Part shown: positions 12,795-23,656 of the stretch, in pieces
Layout of the letters: each line of letters opens with the position of its first letter
Numbering within the stretch: the stretch's first letter is position 1
From: an uncultured Acinetobacter sp.
GTDB lineage: Bacteria > Pseudomonadota > Gammaproteobacteria > Pseudomonadales > Moraxellaceae
DNA: 64,000 nt
Reading direction: 5' to 3'
Assembly (NCBI RefSeq): GCF_947493735.1
Contig: NZ_CANLSL010000007.1
Coordinates: 1,820 to 65,819, forward strand
Notes under the pieces: generated by a model
The model's input: the letters and a program-made list of their open reading frames with translations, nothing else
What the model was told of the DNA's origin: nothing
Database searches by the model: none
Translations under genes and position numbers: made by a program

Positions 12795-14738
12795 TTACTT
12801 CTGCCCATGCACCGTAATGATCAACTGCTCGACCACTTGCGGTTCAGCCAACGTCGATGTATCGCCGATACTGTCTTGTTCATTGGCAACGATCTTACGC
12901 AAGATACGACGCATGATCTTACCCGAGCGCGTTTTTGGTAGTGACGGTGCCCAGTGTAGCGCATCAGGACTGGCTACAGGCCCCATCACTTTACGTACCC
13001 ATTGCACCAATTCTTTACGCAGTTCTTCGCTCTCATCGACACCCGCTTGTAAGGTCACGAATGTACAGATACCTTGCCCTTTGATTTCGTGAGGCATACC
13101 GACCACCGCAGCTTCGGCAACCGCTTCATGCAGTACCAATGCACTTTCGATCTCTGCTGTACCAAGGCGATGACCCGATACATTTAATACATCATCGACA
13201 CGTCCAGTGATCCAGTAGTAACCATCTTCGTCACGACGGGAACCGTCACCTGTGAAATAGTTCCCTGGGAATGTAGAGAAGTAGGCTTCGAGGAAACGCT
13301 CATGATCACCCCAAATATCACGCATCTGACCCGGCCATGAGTCTTGAATGACGAGATTCCCCTCTGCTGCACCTTCAACCAGTTTACCTTCACCATCAAC
13401 GAGTGCAGGTTTTACTCCAAAGAACGGCTTGGTCGCCGAACCCGGTTTGAGATCAATCGCACCCGGTAATGGCGCAATCAAAATTCCGCCTGTTTCTGTC
13501 TGCCACCATGTATCGACGATCGGACAACGTCCTTCACCGACCACTTCATAATACCAATTCCACGCTTCAGGGTTGATCGGCTCACCGACTGAACCGAGCA
13601 GACGCAAGCTACTGCGATTACTTTCACGCACATAGGCATCACCCTCACGCATCATGGCACGAATCGCCGTTGGTGCGGTGTAGAGTATCGACACTTTGTG
13701 TTTATCGACCACATGACCGATCCGTGCCCACGATGGATATTGTGGTACACCTTCGAACATCACCGTGGTTGTTCCATTGGCAAGTGGTCCATAAATCAAG
13801 TAAGAATGTCCTGTAATCCAACCAATATCTGCAGTACACCAATACACATCATCTTGCTTCACATCGAAGACTTCTTTGAATGTACTGGTCGCATAGACAA
13901 GATAACCACCAGTAGTATGCAATACGCCTTTTGGCTTACCAGTTGAGCCTGAGGTGTAGAGAATAAATAACGGATCTTCCGCTTTCATTGGCTCAGGTGG
14001 ACAATCTGCATTCACTTCCATGATTTCAAGGTGATACCACAGATCACGGCCTTCTTTCATGTCGATTGGGTTGGCATTGCGATAAACCACGATGACATTT
14101 TCTACGCTTTCCGTCCCTGCGATCTCAAGTGCCGCATCGACATTTTCTTTGAGTGGTAACAGCTTGCCACCACGTAAGCCTGAGTCTGCCGTGATGACCA
14201 ATTTTGCTTGTGAATCTTCAATACGACTCGCTAATGAATCAGGTGAGAAACCACCGAATACCACGCAATGCACCGCACCAATACGTGCGCAGGCGAGCAT
14301 TGCTACAGCTGCTTCTGTCACCATTGGCATATAGAGCACCACACGGTCACCTTTGCCAATCCCACGCTTTTTCAAGACATTGGCAAAACGGCAGACTTCA
14401 TCGTGCAATTCTTTAAACGATACGATCTTATGACGAGATGGATGGTCACCTTCCCAAATGATCGCAGGTTTGTGTGGATGTTCTTTGAGATGACGATCAA
14501 GACAGTTGGCAGCGACATTCAACTCACCATCGGCAAACCATTCAATTTTAAAATTATCTCGATCAAAATTGGTGTCTTTGACTTTTGTAAAGGGTTTAAT
14601 CCAGTCAATGATTTTTGCCTGCTCCGCCCAAAATGCGTCGGGATCGTCGATCGACTGCTGATAACGTGCTTCATATTCTTTGAGATTGGTACGTGCAGTT
14701 GTGGCAAATTGCTCTGGCACTGGATAGAGTTCATTCAT
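12795..14738 (-). CDS. acs: Acetyl-CoA synthetase
   Basis: 647 aa. AMP-binding motif '[11 protein letters not shown]' and the C-terminal '[16 protein letters not shown]'. Confidence 0.97.
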   Translation of the reverse strand: MNELYPVPEQFATTARTNLKEYEARYQQSIDDPDAFWAEQAKIIDWIKPFTKVKDTNFDRDNFKIEWFADGELNVAANCLDRHLKEHPHKPAIIWEGDHPSRHKIVSFKELHDEVCRFANVLKKRGIGKGDRVVLYMPMVTEAAVAMLACARIGAVHCVVFGGFSPDSLASRIEDSQAKLVITADSGLRGGKLLPLKENVDAALEIAGTESVENVIVVYRNANPIDMKEGRDLWYHLEIMEVNADCPPEPMKAEDPLFILYTSGSTGKPKGVLHTTGGYLVYATSTFKEVFDVKQDDVYWCTADIGWITGHSYLIYGPLANGTTTVMFEGVPQYPSWARIGHVVDKHKVSILYTAPTAIRAMMREGDAYVRESNRSSLRLLGSVGEPINPEAWNWYYEVVGEGRCPIVDTWWQTETGGILIAPLPGAIDLKPGSATKPFFGVKPALVDGEGKLVEGAAEGNLVIQDSWPGQMRDIWGDHERFLEAYFSTFPGNYFTGDGSRRDEDGYYWITGRVDDVLNVSGHRLGTAEIESALVLHEAVAEAAVVGMPHEIKGQGICTFVTLQAGVDESEELRKELVQWVRKVMGPVASPDALHWAPSLPKTRSGKIMRRILRKIVANEQDSIGDTSTLAEPQVVEQLIITVHGQK

Positions 14739-15120
14739 GTGGCTGTTTCCCTTAGCTTCCTAATGTCCGATGGCGTTATTCTATTTGTATGATAATTTCA
14801 CGTTTGATTGACATGAATTATGTACATAAGCGGGAGCATGACAAATATCGCAACGCACATCAAATGATGTTTATTCTGAACTTAGTAAATCTTGCTTTGC
14901 ATGGCTGAACAATCATGCTTTGGTCTAAAACTGTCAATCTTCGATAAAAATAACAATGATAAAATTTATTGCAAACTATTGATTTAAATTGTATTTATAA
15001 AAAATTAGCTTTAACGATTTTTAAAATTTTACACGACCAAAGTCTAGAGCTTTGATCGTGCTTACTGTGAATTTTTTTCAAAAAGTATTGCAAAAGTTTA
15101 CGAGTGATTCACTAATGAGC

Positions 15121-16482
15121 TTAGCCTTTTATGACTTGAATCAACTTTTGATGCAATCCACCAAAGCCACCATTAGACATGATCACCACTGCATCGCCTG
15201 ATTGCGCTTCATTTTTTACACGTTCAATGATTTGATCAAGCGATTGACTGACCTGTGCAGAGTTGCTTGATGCTTCGACCACAGGTTGTAGATCCCAATC
15301 CAAACCCTCAGGTTGATACCAAATCACCTCATCGGCAACACGTGCCGAGTGCGCAAGTCCTGCTTTATGACTACCCATACGCATGGTATTCGAGCGTGGT
15401 TCAATGATTGCCCACAAACGACGTTCGCCTAGACGTTTGCGTGCGCCATCCAGTGTAGTTTCAATCGCTGTTGGGTGATGGGCAAAGTCGTCATAAACCT
15501 CAATACCGTTGATGGTATCAAGTAGCTCCATACGACGCTTCACCCCACCAAAGTTCGATAATGCTTCACAAGCTTGGTGGATACTTACACCCACATGCTC
15601 CGCTGCAGCGATGGTTGCCAGTGCATTTGCCACGCTATGCTGACCTGTCATCGACCATTGTACTTCACCTTTTTCAATGCCGAAATGCAAGACTTTGAAA
15701 TGACTACCATCCGCCGAGATCAATTCTGCGGAGAGTTCAACTTGATCTTCGACCGCAAAACCTGTACGTGTCACAGGTGTCCAACAGCCCATGTCTAAGA
15801 CTTCGTCAATATGGGTTTCAGTGATGGGTGCAATGATGCGACCTGTACTTGGAATGGTGCGTACCAGATGATGAAATTGTTTTTGAATCGCTGCCAAATC
15901 ATCAAAAATATCGGCATGGTCAAATTCAAGATTATTTAGAATCGCTGTGCGTGGGTGATAATGTACAAACTTAGAACGCTTATCAAAGAATGCAGAATCA
16001 TATTCATCTGCTTCAACCACAAAATATTTGTCACCCAATCGAGCACTTTCACTAAAACCGAGTGGTACACCACCGATTAAGAAACCTGGATTGAGTCCTG
16101 CTTGATCAAGTACCCAAGCAAGCATGGTCGTCGTTGTAGTTTTACCATGAGTCCCTGCAACACCAAGTACGTGTTTATCTTTGAGCACATGATCAGCTAA
16201 GAACTGAGGCCCTGAAGTATAAGCAAGCCCTTCATCGAGCATGTACTCCACCGCATCAATCCCACGCTTCATTGCATTGCCGACGATAACCAAATCAGGA
16301 TGTGGCTGTAAATGACTCCGATCGTAGCCCTGCATTAATGCGATGCCTGCATTTTCGAGTTGGGTAGACATTGGTGGATAGACGTTTTGATCACTACCCG
16401 TCACCGTATGTCCTAGCTCACGCGCCAATAATGCCAATGAACCCATGAATGTGCCACAAATACCCAAAATATGCAGATGCAT
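15121..16482 (-). CDS. mpl: UDP-N-acetylmuramate:L-alanyl-gamma-D-glutamyl-meso-DAP ligase (murein peptide ligase)
   Basis: 'MHLHILGICGTFMGSLA' N-terminus and '[12 protein letters not shown]' P-loop. A MurC paralogue lacking dcw context. Start at the ATG at 16482. Confidence 0.9.
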   Translation of the reverse strand: MHLHILGICGTFMGSLALLARELGHTVTGSDQNVYPPMSTQLENAGIALMQGYDRSHLQPHPDLVIVGNAMKRGIDAVEYMLDEGLAYTSGPQFLADHVLKDKHVLGVAGTHGKTTTTTMLAWVLDQAGLNPGFLIGGVPLGFSESARLGDKYFVVEADEYDSAFFDKRSKFVHYHPRTAILNNLEFDHADIFDDLAAIQKQFHHLVRTIPSTGRIIAPITETHIDEVLDMGCWTPVTRTGFAVEDQVELSAELISADGSHFKVLHFGIEKGEVQWSMTGQHSVANALATIAAAEHVGVSIHQACEALSNFGGVKRRMELLDTINGIEVYDDFAHHPTAIETTLDGARKRLGERRLWAIIEPRSNTMRMGSHKAGLAHSARVADEVIWYQPEGLDWDLQPVVEASSNSAQVSQSLDQIIERVKNEAQSGDAVVIMSNGGFGGLHQKLIQVIKG

Positions 16483-16716
16483 CTGTACTACTCTCTTCTC
16501 TCTTGCTATCGCTATACGTTGCAAACGGTTGCGACGCATTGTTTTTAATTCGCATAGCAAGATAGCAAGGCTCATCCGGAAAAGATAGTGATTTTTATTG
16601 TCAGATCAATGTCTGTGTTTACTGGATAAAAATGATGATGATTTGAAGACTTTTAATAGAGATGATGTGATATTTCGACATACACTAGCTAGGAAAAATT
16701 TTTAGAGTCATTTTGA

Positions 16717-17070
16717 ATGTCTATCACAGCTTGGGCTTTTGTATTTTTAGCCATTTCCAATTGTTTTATGACGTTGGCATGGTACGGTCATCTCAAATTT
16801 TTACACGATGCACCCATTTGGCAAGCGATCTTATTCGGCTGGGCGATTGCACTGCTTGAATACAGTTTTATGATTCCTGCAACTCGTTGGCTCGATGCAC
16901 AGTATTGGTCACTTGGTCAGATGAAAATCAGCCAAGAAGTCATGACGTTGATCGTGTTTGTGCCCTTTATGATTTACCTGTTTAAACAACCCTTCAAAAT
17001 GGATTATCTCTGGGCAGCATTGTGCTTATTGGCGTGTGTGTATTTTGTATTTCGCAGTCAAAATGCGTAG
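16717..17070 (+). CDS. Small DMT-superfamily membrane protein (DUF486-like)
   Basis: 117 aa, four predicted transmembrane helices, N-terminal 'FMTLAWYGHLKF' motif. Confidence 0.65.
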   Translation: MSITAWAFVFLAISNCFMTLAWYGHLKFLHDAPIWQAILFGWAIALLEYSFMIPATRWLDAQYWSLGQMKISQEVMTLIVFVPFMIYLFKQPFKMDYLWAALCLLACVYFVFRSQNA

Positions 17071-17170
17071 AGTTGTTATATTTTTTTTGATTTAATCATT
17101 TTAACTCCTTTTAATTTAATCTTTTTAACAACATTGGCATTCGCATAATAAATTTGAGGACGGCATAACC

Positions 17171-18718
17171 ATGAAATATTCAGTTTTAAGCATCTGCATC
17201 ATCGGTGCTATTGCACAGCAAAGTTGGGCTTTGACATTGAAAGATGCACCGATTCAACATGTGACGGTTTATCCTAATGGTGCTTTGGTCGAGCGAAACA
17301 TTCCTGTGCGTGCGGGTGAGCGTTTGATTGAACTGGAAGGATTGCCTGCCAACTTCGATGTGTCTGCGATCAAAGTACAAGGGCAAAATGTCGATATTGG
17401 CGCAGTGACCAGTGTCGATAGCGCATTGGATAAACCTGCAGGACGTGAATCTTCTGCGCTTAAAAATGAAATCAAACAACTGGAAAGCGACATCGCCAAA
17501 CTGAATGCCAAAATCCAAGCCGCAGAATTACAAAACACCTTTTTAGGCAATATCAAACAAGGCAATGCGTTGACGGTACGCCAACAGGCTTATGATGCTT
17601 ATCTCACCATTTCCACAGCAAGCCAAGAGAAAAAAGAACTTGAACAACGCCTACAAGAGCTTAATCAAGATTTAAACCAGATTGGCGATCATCGTTTTAA
17701 TCAGCGCACGCTACAGCTTCATGTCAATGCACCGTCTTCAGGCGTGATTCAAATTGCTTATCAAGTGCCTTATGCGACGTGGCGACCAAGTTATAAAGCT
17801 GAGCTAAATAGTGTGACGAAACAAGTCACGCTCACACGTATGGCGATGATTGCGCAAAAAACAGGTGAAGATTGGGACAATGTAAAATTGACACTATCGA
17901 CCAATACGCCACAAGGTCGTATTGAACAAATCCAACCCAATCCGTGGTGGGTTAACTATTATGAACCTCGTAATGAGCCTATGTATGAACCTGCACCTGT
18001 TGCGATGGAAGTAGCCGCATTACAAGCAAGATCGAGTGCTGATGCGATGGGTGCCAAGCGTGTGGAAGAACCTCGTTTTCCTCAGTTTGAGCAAGTGCAG
18101 CAAACCTATAGCACACAATTTACCACCTCGACACGTGCCTCTGTGCCAAGCAGTAAACAGCAAATTTCACTACCACTCGATCAACAATCTTATGCCGCAA
18201 AACTCAGTACATGGGTGATTCCACAACAACAGCACCGAGCCTATTTGACTGCCGAGATTCCACGTGTCACAGGTGACTGGCCAAGTGGTGAAATCAAACT
18301 CTATCGTGATGGCGACTATATCGGTCAACGTCAGTGGCAAAACCCAAGTGCAGAGCAAATGCACTTTAACTTTGGTGAAGATGAGCAAGTCTTGGTCAAA
18401 GTCTTAAATGATCGACGTGATCAAGATCAAACAGGTGCATTTAGCAAACAAACTGTAGAAGTCTTATCGAAACAATATCAAATCCAAAACCGTCATACAC
18501 AAGCGATTGATTTGCTCGTCTTTGAAAGTGTACCGCAGAGCCAAAATGATGCGCTCAAAGTTGAACATCAGTTTAGCCATGCACCGACAGCAACAGAATG
18601 GCAAGGGCAAAAAAATATCTACCAATGGCAACAGCCACTGGGTGCAAACCAAACGTGGCAACTGGATTTGAAATATCAGTTTAAATATCCAAAAGAAGGT
18701 TACGCATCAGGTTTCTAA
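17171..18718 (+). CDS. Secreted DUF4139/DUF4140-like protein (MuiA-like family); function unknown
   Basis: Signal peptide 'MKYSVLSICIIGAIAQQSWA'. The N-terminal 'VTVYPNGALVERN...' segment, a coiled-coil segment and a beta-rich C-terminus match this family from memory. Confidence 0.6.
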   Translation: MKYSVLSICIIGAIAQQSWALTLKDAPIQHVTVYPNGALVERNIPVRAGERLIELEGLPANFDVSAIKVQGQNVDIGAVTSVDSALDKPAGRESSALKNEIKQLESDIAKLNAKIQAAELQNTFLGNIKQGNALTVRQQAYDAYLTISTASQEKKELEQRLQELNQDLNQIGDHRFNQRTLQLHVNAPSSGVIQIAYQVPYATWRPSYKAELNSVTKQVTLTRMAMIAQKTGEDWDNVKLTLSTNTPQGRIEQIQPNPWWVNYYEPRNEPMYEPAPVAMEVAALQARSSADAMGAKRVEEPRFPQFEQVQQTYSTQFTTSTRASVPSSKQQISLPLDQQSYAAKLSTWVIPQQQHRAYLTAEIPRVTGDWPSGEIKLYRDGDYIGQRQWQNPSAEQMHFNFGEDEQVLVKVLNDRRDQDQTGAFSKQTVEVLSKQYQIQNRHTQAIDLLVFESVPQSQNDALKVEHQFSHAPTATEWQGQKNIYQWQQPLGANQTWQLDLKYQFKYPKEGYASGF

Positions 18719-19076
18719 TCTGTCTTGTAATTTGCCTTTTTTAATCCTACCCAGCCCTCCTTTTTCAAAGGAGGGAGTATTTCGATATTCAATACAGTGT
18801 TGAATTCAATGGTATTCCCCTCTTTTTCAAAGATGAGAAACATTGTTTCGCAAGGGGGAAATTTATCAAACAGTGGTCCTGAAATTTCACTTAACTGATC
18901 AGCATTACGCTTTTAAGTAGGTTTTCAATCAAGGGATTTTAGCGTTTGCTATCAATGTTTAGTATCAATGCTTCGTCATCATGAAAATAAGCATGTAAAA
19001 AGCTTGCGTGATAGCGAATTTTTGCGCATAGTAAAATGAAATCAACCCGATGTGAATTTTTACTGAGGATCGTCTA

Positions 19077-19427
19077 ATGCCCTACTATCATCTCATCATT
19101 GAAGCCAAAGAAAACTTAGGAAAGAACGATGAAGAGCGTGACATTTGCGTATTTGACATCACTGATATTCAGTCCATCATTCCGACGATTATTCGTCCGT
19201 ATTTGACACAAGATGCACTGATTCTTGATGATGAAGAGATTCCTTTCGAAGACATTGATCTGTTTGCGATTAAACAGACTATTTTACCGATTGAACATTT
19301 GATCGAAGAAGAACAAAAACTCCTACCATCGAATACCGATGTCACCATCACTGCTTATGAAATCTTTAATGATCGTGATCTGTGCCAAGATGTCACACAA
19401 GTCATACTTGATGTATTAGATCAATAA
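19077..19427 (+). CDS. Hypothetical highly acidic 116-aa protein
   Basis: Clean ORF with the ATG preceded by 'GAGGA', followed by a bidirectional terminator. No recognisable domain. Confidence 0.5.
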   Translation: MPYYHLIIEAKENLGKNDEERDICVFDITDIQSIIPTIIRPYLTQDALILDDEEIPFEDIDLFAIKQTILPIEHLIEEEQKLLPSNTDVTITAYEIFNDRDLCQDVTQVILDVLDQ

Positions 19428-19464
19428 ACCTTTGGATCAACAAAGCCACCGCAGAAATTCAATG

Positions 19465-19496
19465 TAAAAAAATACTCGCTTTTGCGAGTATTTTTT
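19465..19496. terminator. Bidirectional intrinsic terminator between convergent genes
   Basis: AAAAAAATACTCGC-TTTT-GCGAGTATTTTTT: a perfect stem flanked by an A-run and a T-run. Confidence 0.7.
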
Positions 19497-19511
19497 CAGC
19501 TATCAAATCGC

Positions 19512-20219
19512 TTATTTCAACTGAATACTACCATTGGCAATCACGGTAATTTCACTATTCCCTGCTTCAACATTTTGACTTTCAATGCTATCTGCTTTGA
19601 ATGATGCGGCACGTGACTCATAGATCGGCATTGGACGGTTTGCATTGGCATTGAGTTGTAGATTCACCAACTCATAATTCGATGCGCCCCAAGGTACAAG
19701 TAAAAGCTTGGCACGTTGTTGAAATGCTTTTGACGCATCGATATACAGCTCACTTTCGACTTTGTTGCGCTGTTCCGCAGACACCTCAAAATTGATATTG
19801 CCGAGTTGCATGCTTTCTTGCAATTTTGCGATCAATTCACTGGTTTGTTTAAAGTCTTGGCTGTTTAAAATCACTTCCGCACGACCACGCCAGTTCACCA
19901 ATTGTTGTTTATCGTTATAAACAGGATAGGTATTTTGACCACCTGTTTTGATCTCAACTTTTGGATAACTTTTCGCTGTGTTGATTGCTTGATTGACGAT
20001 GCTATTGATCTTATTGGCAAGCGTGGCTGCATCTTTTTCATTCAGCTCAGTATAGAGCGTGGCTTGCATTTCATCATTCGCAACGGAGCGGGTTGCTTCC
20101 GCTTGTAGATTGATAATGCGATGCTCAGGCGCATCCGCAAGTGTATTTTGCGCCATCAGTACACAGCTTAATCCTGTAGCAAGCATGGCAAAGGTTTTCG
20201 CAAATTCTGATTTCAACAT
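19512..20219 (-). CDS. SIMPL-domain (DUF541, YggE-like) periplasmic protein
   Basis: Signal peptide 'MLKSEFAKTFAMLATGLSCVLMAQNTLA'. The rest resembles the DUF541 family. Start moved to the ATG at 20219. Confidence 0.7.
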   Translation of the reverse strand: MLKSEFAKTFAMLATGLSCVLMAQNTLADAPEHRIINLQAEATRSVANDEMQATLYTELNEKDAATLANKINSIVNQAINTAKSYPKVEIKTGGQNTYPVYNDKQQLVNWRGRAEVILNSQDFKQTSELIAKLQESMQLGNINFEVSAEQRNKVESELYIDASKAFQQRAKLLLVPWGASNYELVNLQLNANANRPMPIYESRAASFKADSIESQNVEAGNSEITVIANGSIQLK

Positions 20220-20409
20220 GTTATTTCTCCAAAGAATTCTGTCATTTTTATACCGTTTAAAATAATGCCTTGCGTCGCCATGCTTCACCAGTTGGATTTT
20301 GTTAAGCCGATCAGCAATCATGAATATAATGCGTGCCTTGTGTAACCTGTCTTATGTAACCTGTCTTGTGTAACCCATTTGGTTTAAACCATGTTGTATC
20401 AATCAGCAT

Positions 20410-20425
20410 CGTTTCACGTGGAACA
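20410..20425. promoter_or_regulatory. parS-like ParB binding site
   Basis: CGTTTCACGTGGAACA matches 15/16 positions of the parS palindrome TGTTNCACGTGAAACA. Intergenic. Confidence 0.75.
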
Positions 20426-20533
20426 TATACGTCATTGCTTCCGAAGCAAAATTTCATCAATGCAAACTATCGCTTAACCAATCATCACTTCATAAAGTGT
20501 ATCTAAAATTCACATTTTATAAACTGAAAGACG

Positions 20534-21553
20534 TTGCTACTTCAGGCACACTATTCTTTATTTTATTTGGAACATGTTGTGAGTAATGAATCTACAGCTT
20601 CAGAAACAGCCAAACAGGCTGGTCATGTTTTGCTTGAAGCAGGACAAAAAACCACGGCTAAAGTCATTGAAGAATCACAAAAATACAGTGACAGCTATGC
20701 CATCGTGAATAAGTTCATCGCTGCCTTTTGGGAGCGTGTGCCATATATCATTATCGGGCTTATTGTTTTCTGTATTTTCTTATTGCTTACACGTCTATTC
20801 AAATATTTTATTCGTAACGCATTATTAAAACGCTCTAATACTCGTCAAAACCTTGTCATGGTATTGAACCGTGTCGGTAGTGTGGTGATTATTTCTCTCG
20901 GCTTTTTGGTTGCATTGGTGATCATTATTCCTGGCTTTTCACCGGGTCAGTTGATCGGTGCACTCGGTATCGGCTCCGTAGCTATCGGTTTTGCTTTTAA
21001 AGATATTTTCCAAAACTTATTGTCAGGGATTTTGATCTTACTTGGCGAACCGTTCCGTATCGGTGATGACATTATCGTCGAAGGTTTGGAAGGTACAGTT
21101 GAAGACATTCAGATTCGTGCGACTTTTTTGCGTTCATATGATGGTCGTCGTTTGGTGATTCCAAATGCCACAGTTTATACCAGTCCGATCACGGTCAACA
21201 CTGCGTATAATCGTCGTCGCTGTGAGTTTGTGGTGGGTATTGGCTATGATGATGATATTGATAAGGCAAAAGGCATTATCAATCGTATCTTGGACAATAA
21301 TGCCAATGTACTCGGCAATCCTGCACACACGGTCACTGTGACGGCATTGGCTGACTTCTCTGTAAATCTTACCGTGCGTTGGTGGATTGATCTGAAAGAA
21401 ACCAATATTCTCGCTTCCGCTAGTGAGATTCAGGCGGAAGTGAAACAAGCCTTCAACCGTGAAGGTGTGAATATTCCGTATCCAATCCAAGAAATGAAAG
21501 TGTCTGCTCAAGCACTTGCGCTCTCCAATCAAAAGAATTTAAGCGCAGAATAA
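20534..21553 (+). CDS. MscS-family mechanosensitive ion channel; start uncertain
   Basis: 'GALGIGSVAIGFAFKDIFQNLLSGILILLGEPFRIGDDI' is the MscS pore-helix/beta-domain signature. The listed start is a TTG. Confidence 0.85.
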   Translation: MLLQAHYSLFYLEHVVSNESTASETAKQAGHVLLEAGQKTTAKVIEESQKYSDSYAIVNKFIAAFWERVPYIIIGLIVFCIFLLLTRLFKYFIRNALLKRSNTRQNLVMVLNRVGSVVIISLGFLVALVIIIPGFSPGQLIGALGIGSVAIGFAFKDIFQNLLSGILILLGEPFRIGDDIIVEGLEGTVEDIQIRATFLRSYDGRRLVIPNATVYTSPITVNTAYNRRRCEFVVGIGYDDDIDKAKGIINRILDNNANVLGNPAHTVTVTALADFSVNLTVRWWIDLKETNILASASEIQAEVKQAFNREGVNIPYPIQEMKVSAQALALSNQKNLSAE

Positions 21554-22243
21554 TCGCCCGAGAATATTCGACACAGCGGTTTCAGTGCGTAAAATACGGT
21601 TGCCAACATGATGAATGTGGCAGCCGTTTTCTTTGAGCAAATCAATCTCATAGGGAATGAATCCGCCTTCTGGGCCAATCATCAGTTGACATGGCTGATT
21701 GAAATCAATCGGCATCGTGTCCGTTGTATATGGATGCGCTACAAAGGTTGGTTGGCTATGATTCCAAACCGATAAACGATCTTCAACAAAAGGCTTAAAG
21801 CGCTTTTCGAGAAGAATAGATGGTGCAATCACATCCCCCGCTTGTTCGAGTCCAAGCTGAATATAATGATCTAATTGATCGAGAAACGGCGTTTGCCAAT
21901 AGCTTTTATCGACCCGATAGCTATGCAATAACACGATTTTTTCTACGCCCAAAGTCACACTATCCATGATCAAGCGTCTAAGTACTTTCGGGCGAGGCAA
22001 TGCTAAGATCAAGTTCACGGGTAATTTATTAGGAATGGATTGTTGTTCGACTGGTGTCACAATAATTTGATTAGATTGAATTTCAACCACTTCTGCAAGA
22101 TAACGTGCTTGATTGATCACGCCAACTTTGATTTGATCACCAATTTTAATGTCTAAATGTTGCTTTAAATGGCTAACTTGCCGTACATCATTGATTTGCC
22201 AAATTTTTTCATCGGTTTGTTCAGGCAATAAGACTAAATTCAT
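21539..22243 (-). CDS. rsmE: 16S rRNA (uracil1498-N3)-methyltransferase
   Basis: 234 aa. C-terminal 'IGPEGGF...E' and 'LGNRILRTETA' motifs of RsmE. Its start overlaps the waaA stop (ATGA). Confidence 0.88.
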   Translation of the reverse strand: MNLVLLPEQTDEKIWQINDVRQVSHLKQHLDIKIGDQIKVGVINQARYLAEVVEIQSNQIIVTPVEQQSIPNKLPVNLILALPRPKVLRRLIMDSVTLGVEKIVLLHSYRVDKSYWQTPFLDQLDHYIQLGLEQAGDVIAPSILLEKRFKPFVEDRLSVWNHSQPTFVAHPYTTDTMPIDFNQPCQLMIGPEGGFIPYEIDLLKENGCHIHHVGNRILRTETAVSNILGRLFCA

Positions 22244-23586
22244 AATCCCGACTCAGCTGTGATACTTTCAGCGTTGCGATGTGTTGCATTTAGATAGCGA
22301 TCAATTAAGGCAATGTGTCGCTCAACTGCGCCTTGATTGGCATGTAAAATTTGCCGTGCCTGATCCACTTGTTGTTGACGGCGTGACGGATCATGAATTA
22401 AATCCATCATTTGCTCAACAGCGTGTTTAGCATCTGATGCGACAAGCACAGCAGCATGACTAACAAATTCATCGACGATCGTTTGAAAGTTAAAATAATT
22501 CTTCCCTAAAACCGTTGCCACATCGGTTGCGATCGGCTCAAGAATATTATGTCCACCACCAGGTTCATTCAGCGAACCACCGACATAGGCGACCTGCGCC
22601 AATGCAAACCACAACCACATCTCCCCCATCGAATCCGCCAAATAGACTTGGGTTGAAGCATCAATGGCTTGATGTAAACTACGACGTCGCACGCTCAGAT
22701 CAAGGCTTTTAATCGCATCAAAGACTTCTTGAAAACGCTCAGGATGACGTGGCACCACAATACATAAAAGTTGCGGATTCTGCTGTAAATGCGGTTTTAA
22801 TGCGTTGAGTAATTGCGCTTCTTCAGGCGCATGGGTACTGGCAAGCACGATGATGTGTCGATGGTTTAATGACCAGTCTTGTTTGAGTTGGTTTGCTTGC
22901 TGGAGAAACTGCTCAGGCATGCTCATATCAAATTTGACATTGCCTAATACCTCGATTTGCTCGTTCGATTTTCCCAAATCTTCAAAGCGTTGTTTGCTCG
23001 CTTGATCTTGTGATGCGATAAAATCTAATTGTTGCAACATCGGTGCGGTCAGTCGCTTGAACTTGGTATAGCCTTTGGCTGATTTTTCCGATAAACGTGC
23101 ATTTACTAAAAGCTGTGGAATATGTCGTTGATGTACGCACGCCAATAGATTTGGCCACAGCTCGGTTTCCATCAACAATAAAATCCGTGGCTGATATTGT
23201 GCAATAAATTGTTCGATCAAATCACGTTGATCAACAGGCAAAAATACCGCTTGGAATAACTCAGGATAGTGTCCTAAAAATAATGACTTGGCACGAGCCT
23301 GCCCTGTACGTGTGGTATTGGTGACCAGTACCGCTTGCCCAAGTTTGAGATAATGCGCAATCAACGGCTGTGCTGCATTGGTTTCACCCACCGATACCGC
23401 ATGAAACCAAATGACGTTTTGATTCTTCGCTGTTTGAAATTTGCCAAAACGCTCCCGCACCTCATCCTGATAATTCACCAAATGCCCCGAGCGTTTTTTC
23501 ACCCGTGAGCGATACAATGGCTTGATACAACTTAAAAGCAAGTTATACCAAAATGGGGGGAATTGAGTCTGTTCAGTCATCGGCAA
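22240..23586 (-). CDS. waaA: 3-deoxy-D-manno-octulosonic acid (Kdo) transferase
   Basis: 448 aa with the 'WFHAVSVGETNAAQPLI' motif characteristic of KdtA/WaaA. Confidence 0.9.
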   Translation of the reverse strand: MPMTEQTQFPPFWYNLLLSCIKPLYRSRVKKRSGHLVNYQDEVRERFGKFQTAKNQNVIWFHAVSVGETNAAQPLIAHYLKLGQAVLVTNTTRTGQARAKSLFLGHYPELFQAVFLPVDQRDLIEQFIAQYQPRILLLMETELWPNLLACVHQRHIPQLLVNARLSEKSAKGYTKFKRLTAPMLQQLDFIASQDQASKQRFEDLGKSNEQIEVLGNVKFDMSMPEQFLQQANQLKQDWSLNHRHIIVLASTHAPEEAQLLNALKPHLQQNPQLLCIVVPRHPERFQEVFDAIKSLDLSVRRRSLHQAIDASTQVYLADSMGEMWLWFALAQVAYVGGSLNEPGGGHNILEPIATDVATVLGKNYFNFQTIVDEFVSHAAVLVASDAKHAVEQMMDLIHDPSRRQQQVDQARQILHANQGAVERHIALIDRYLNATHRNAESITAESGL

Positions 23587-23656
23587 AATGGCTTTGATAA
23601 TTCTAAAATGTCTTGCGCATTATGCGTGAAATTCAGGGCTTTTTCACCTGTACGCT

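Noticed and set aside
18253-18268. Other CACGTG-containing sequences as additional parS sites (for example 18253, 30215, 35693, 38424, 40475)
   Set aside because: Each has four or more mismatches to TGTTNCACGTGAAACA outside the CACGTG core, and all lie inside coding regions.
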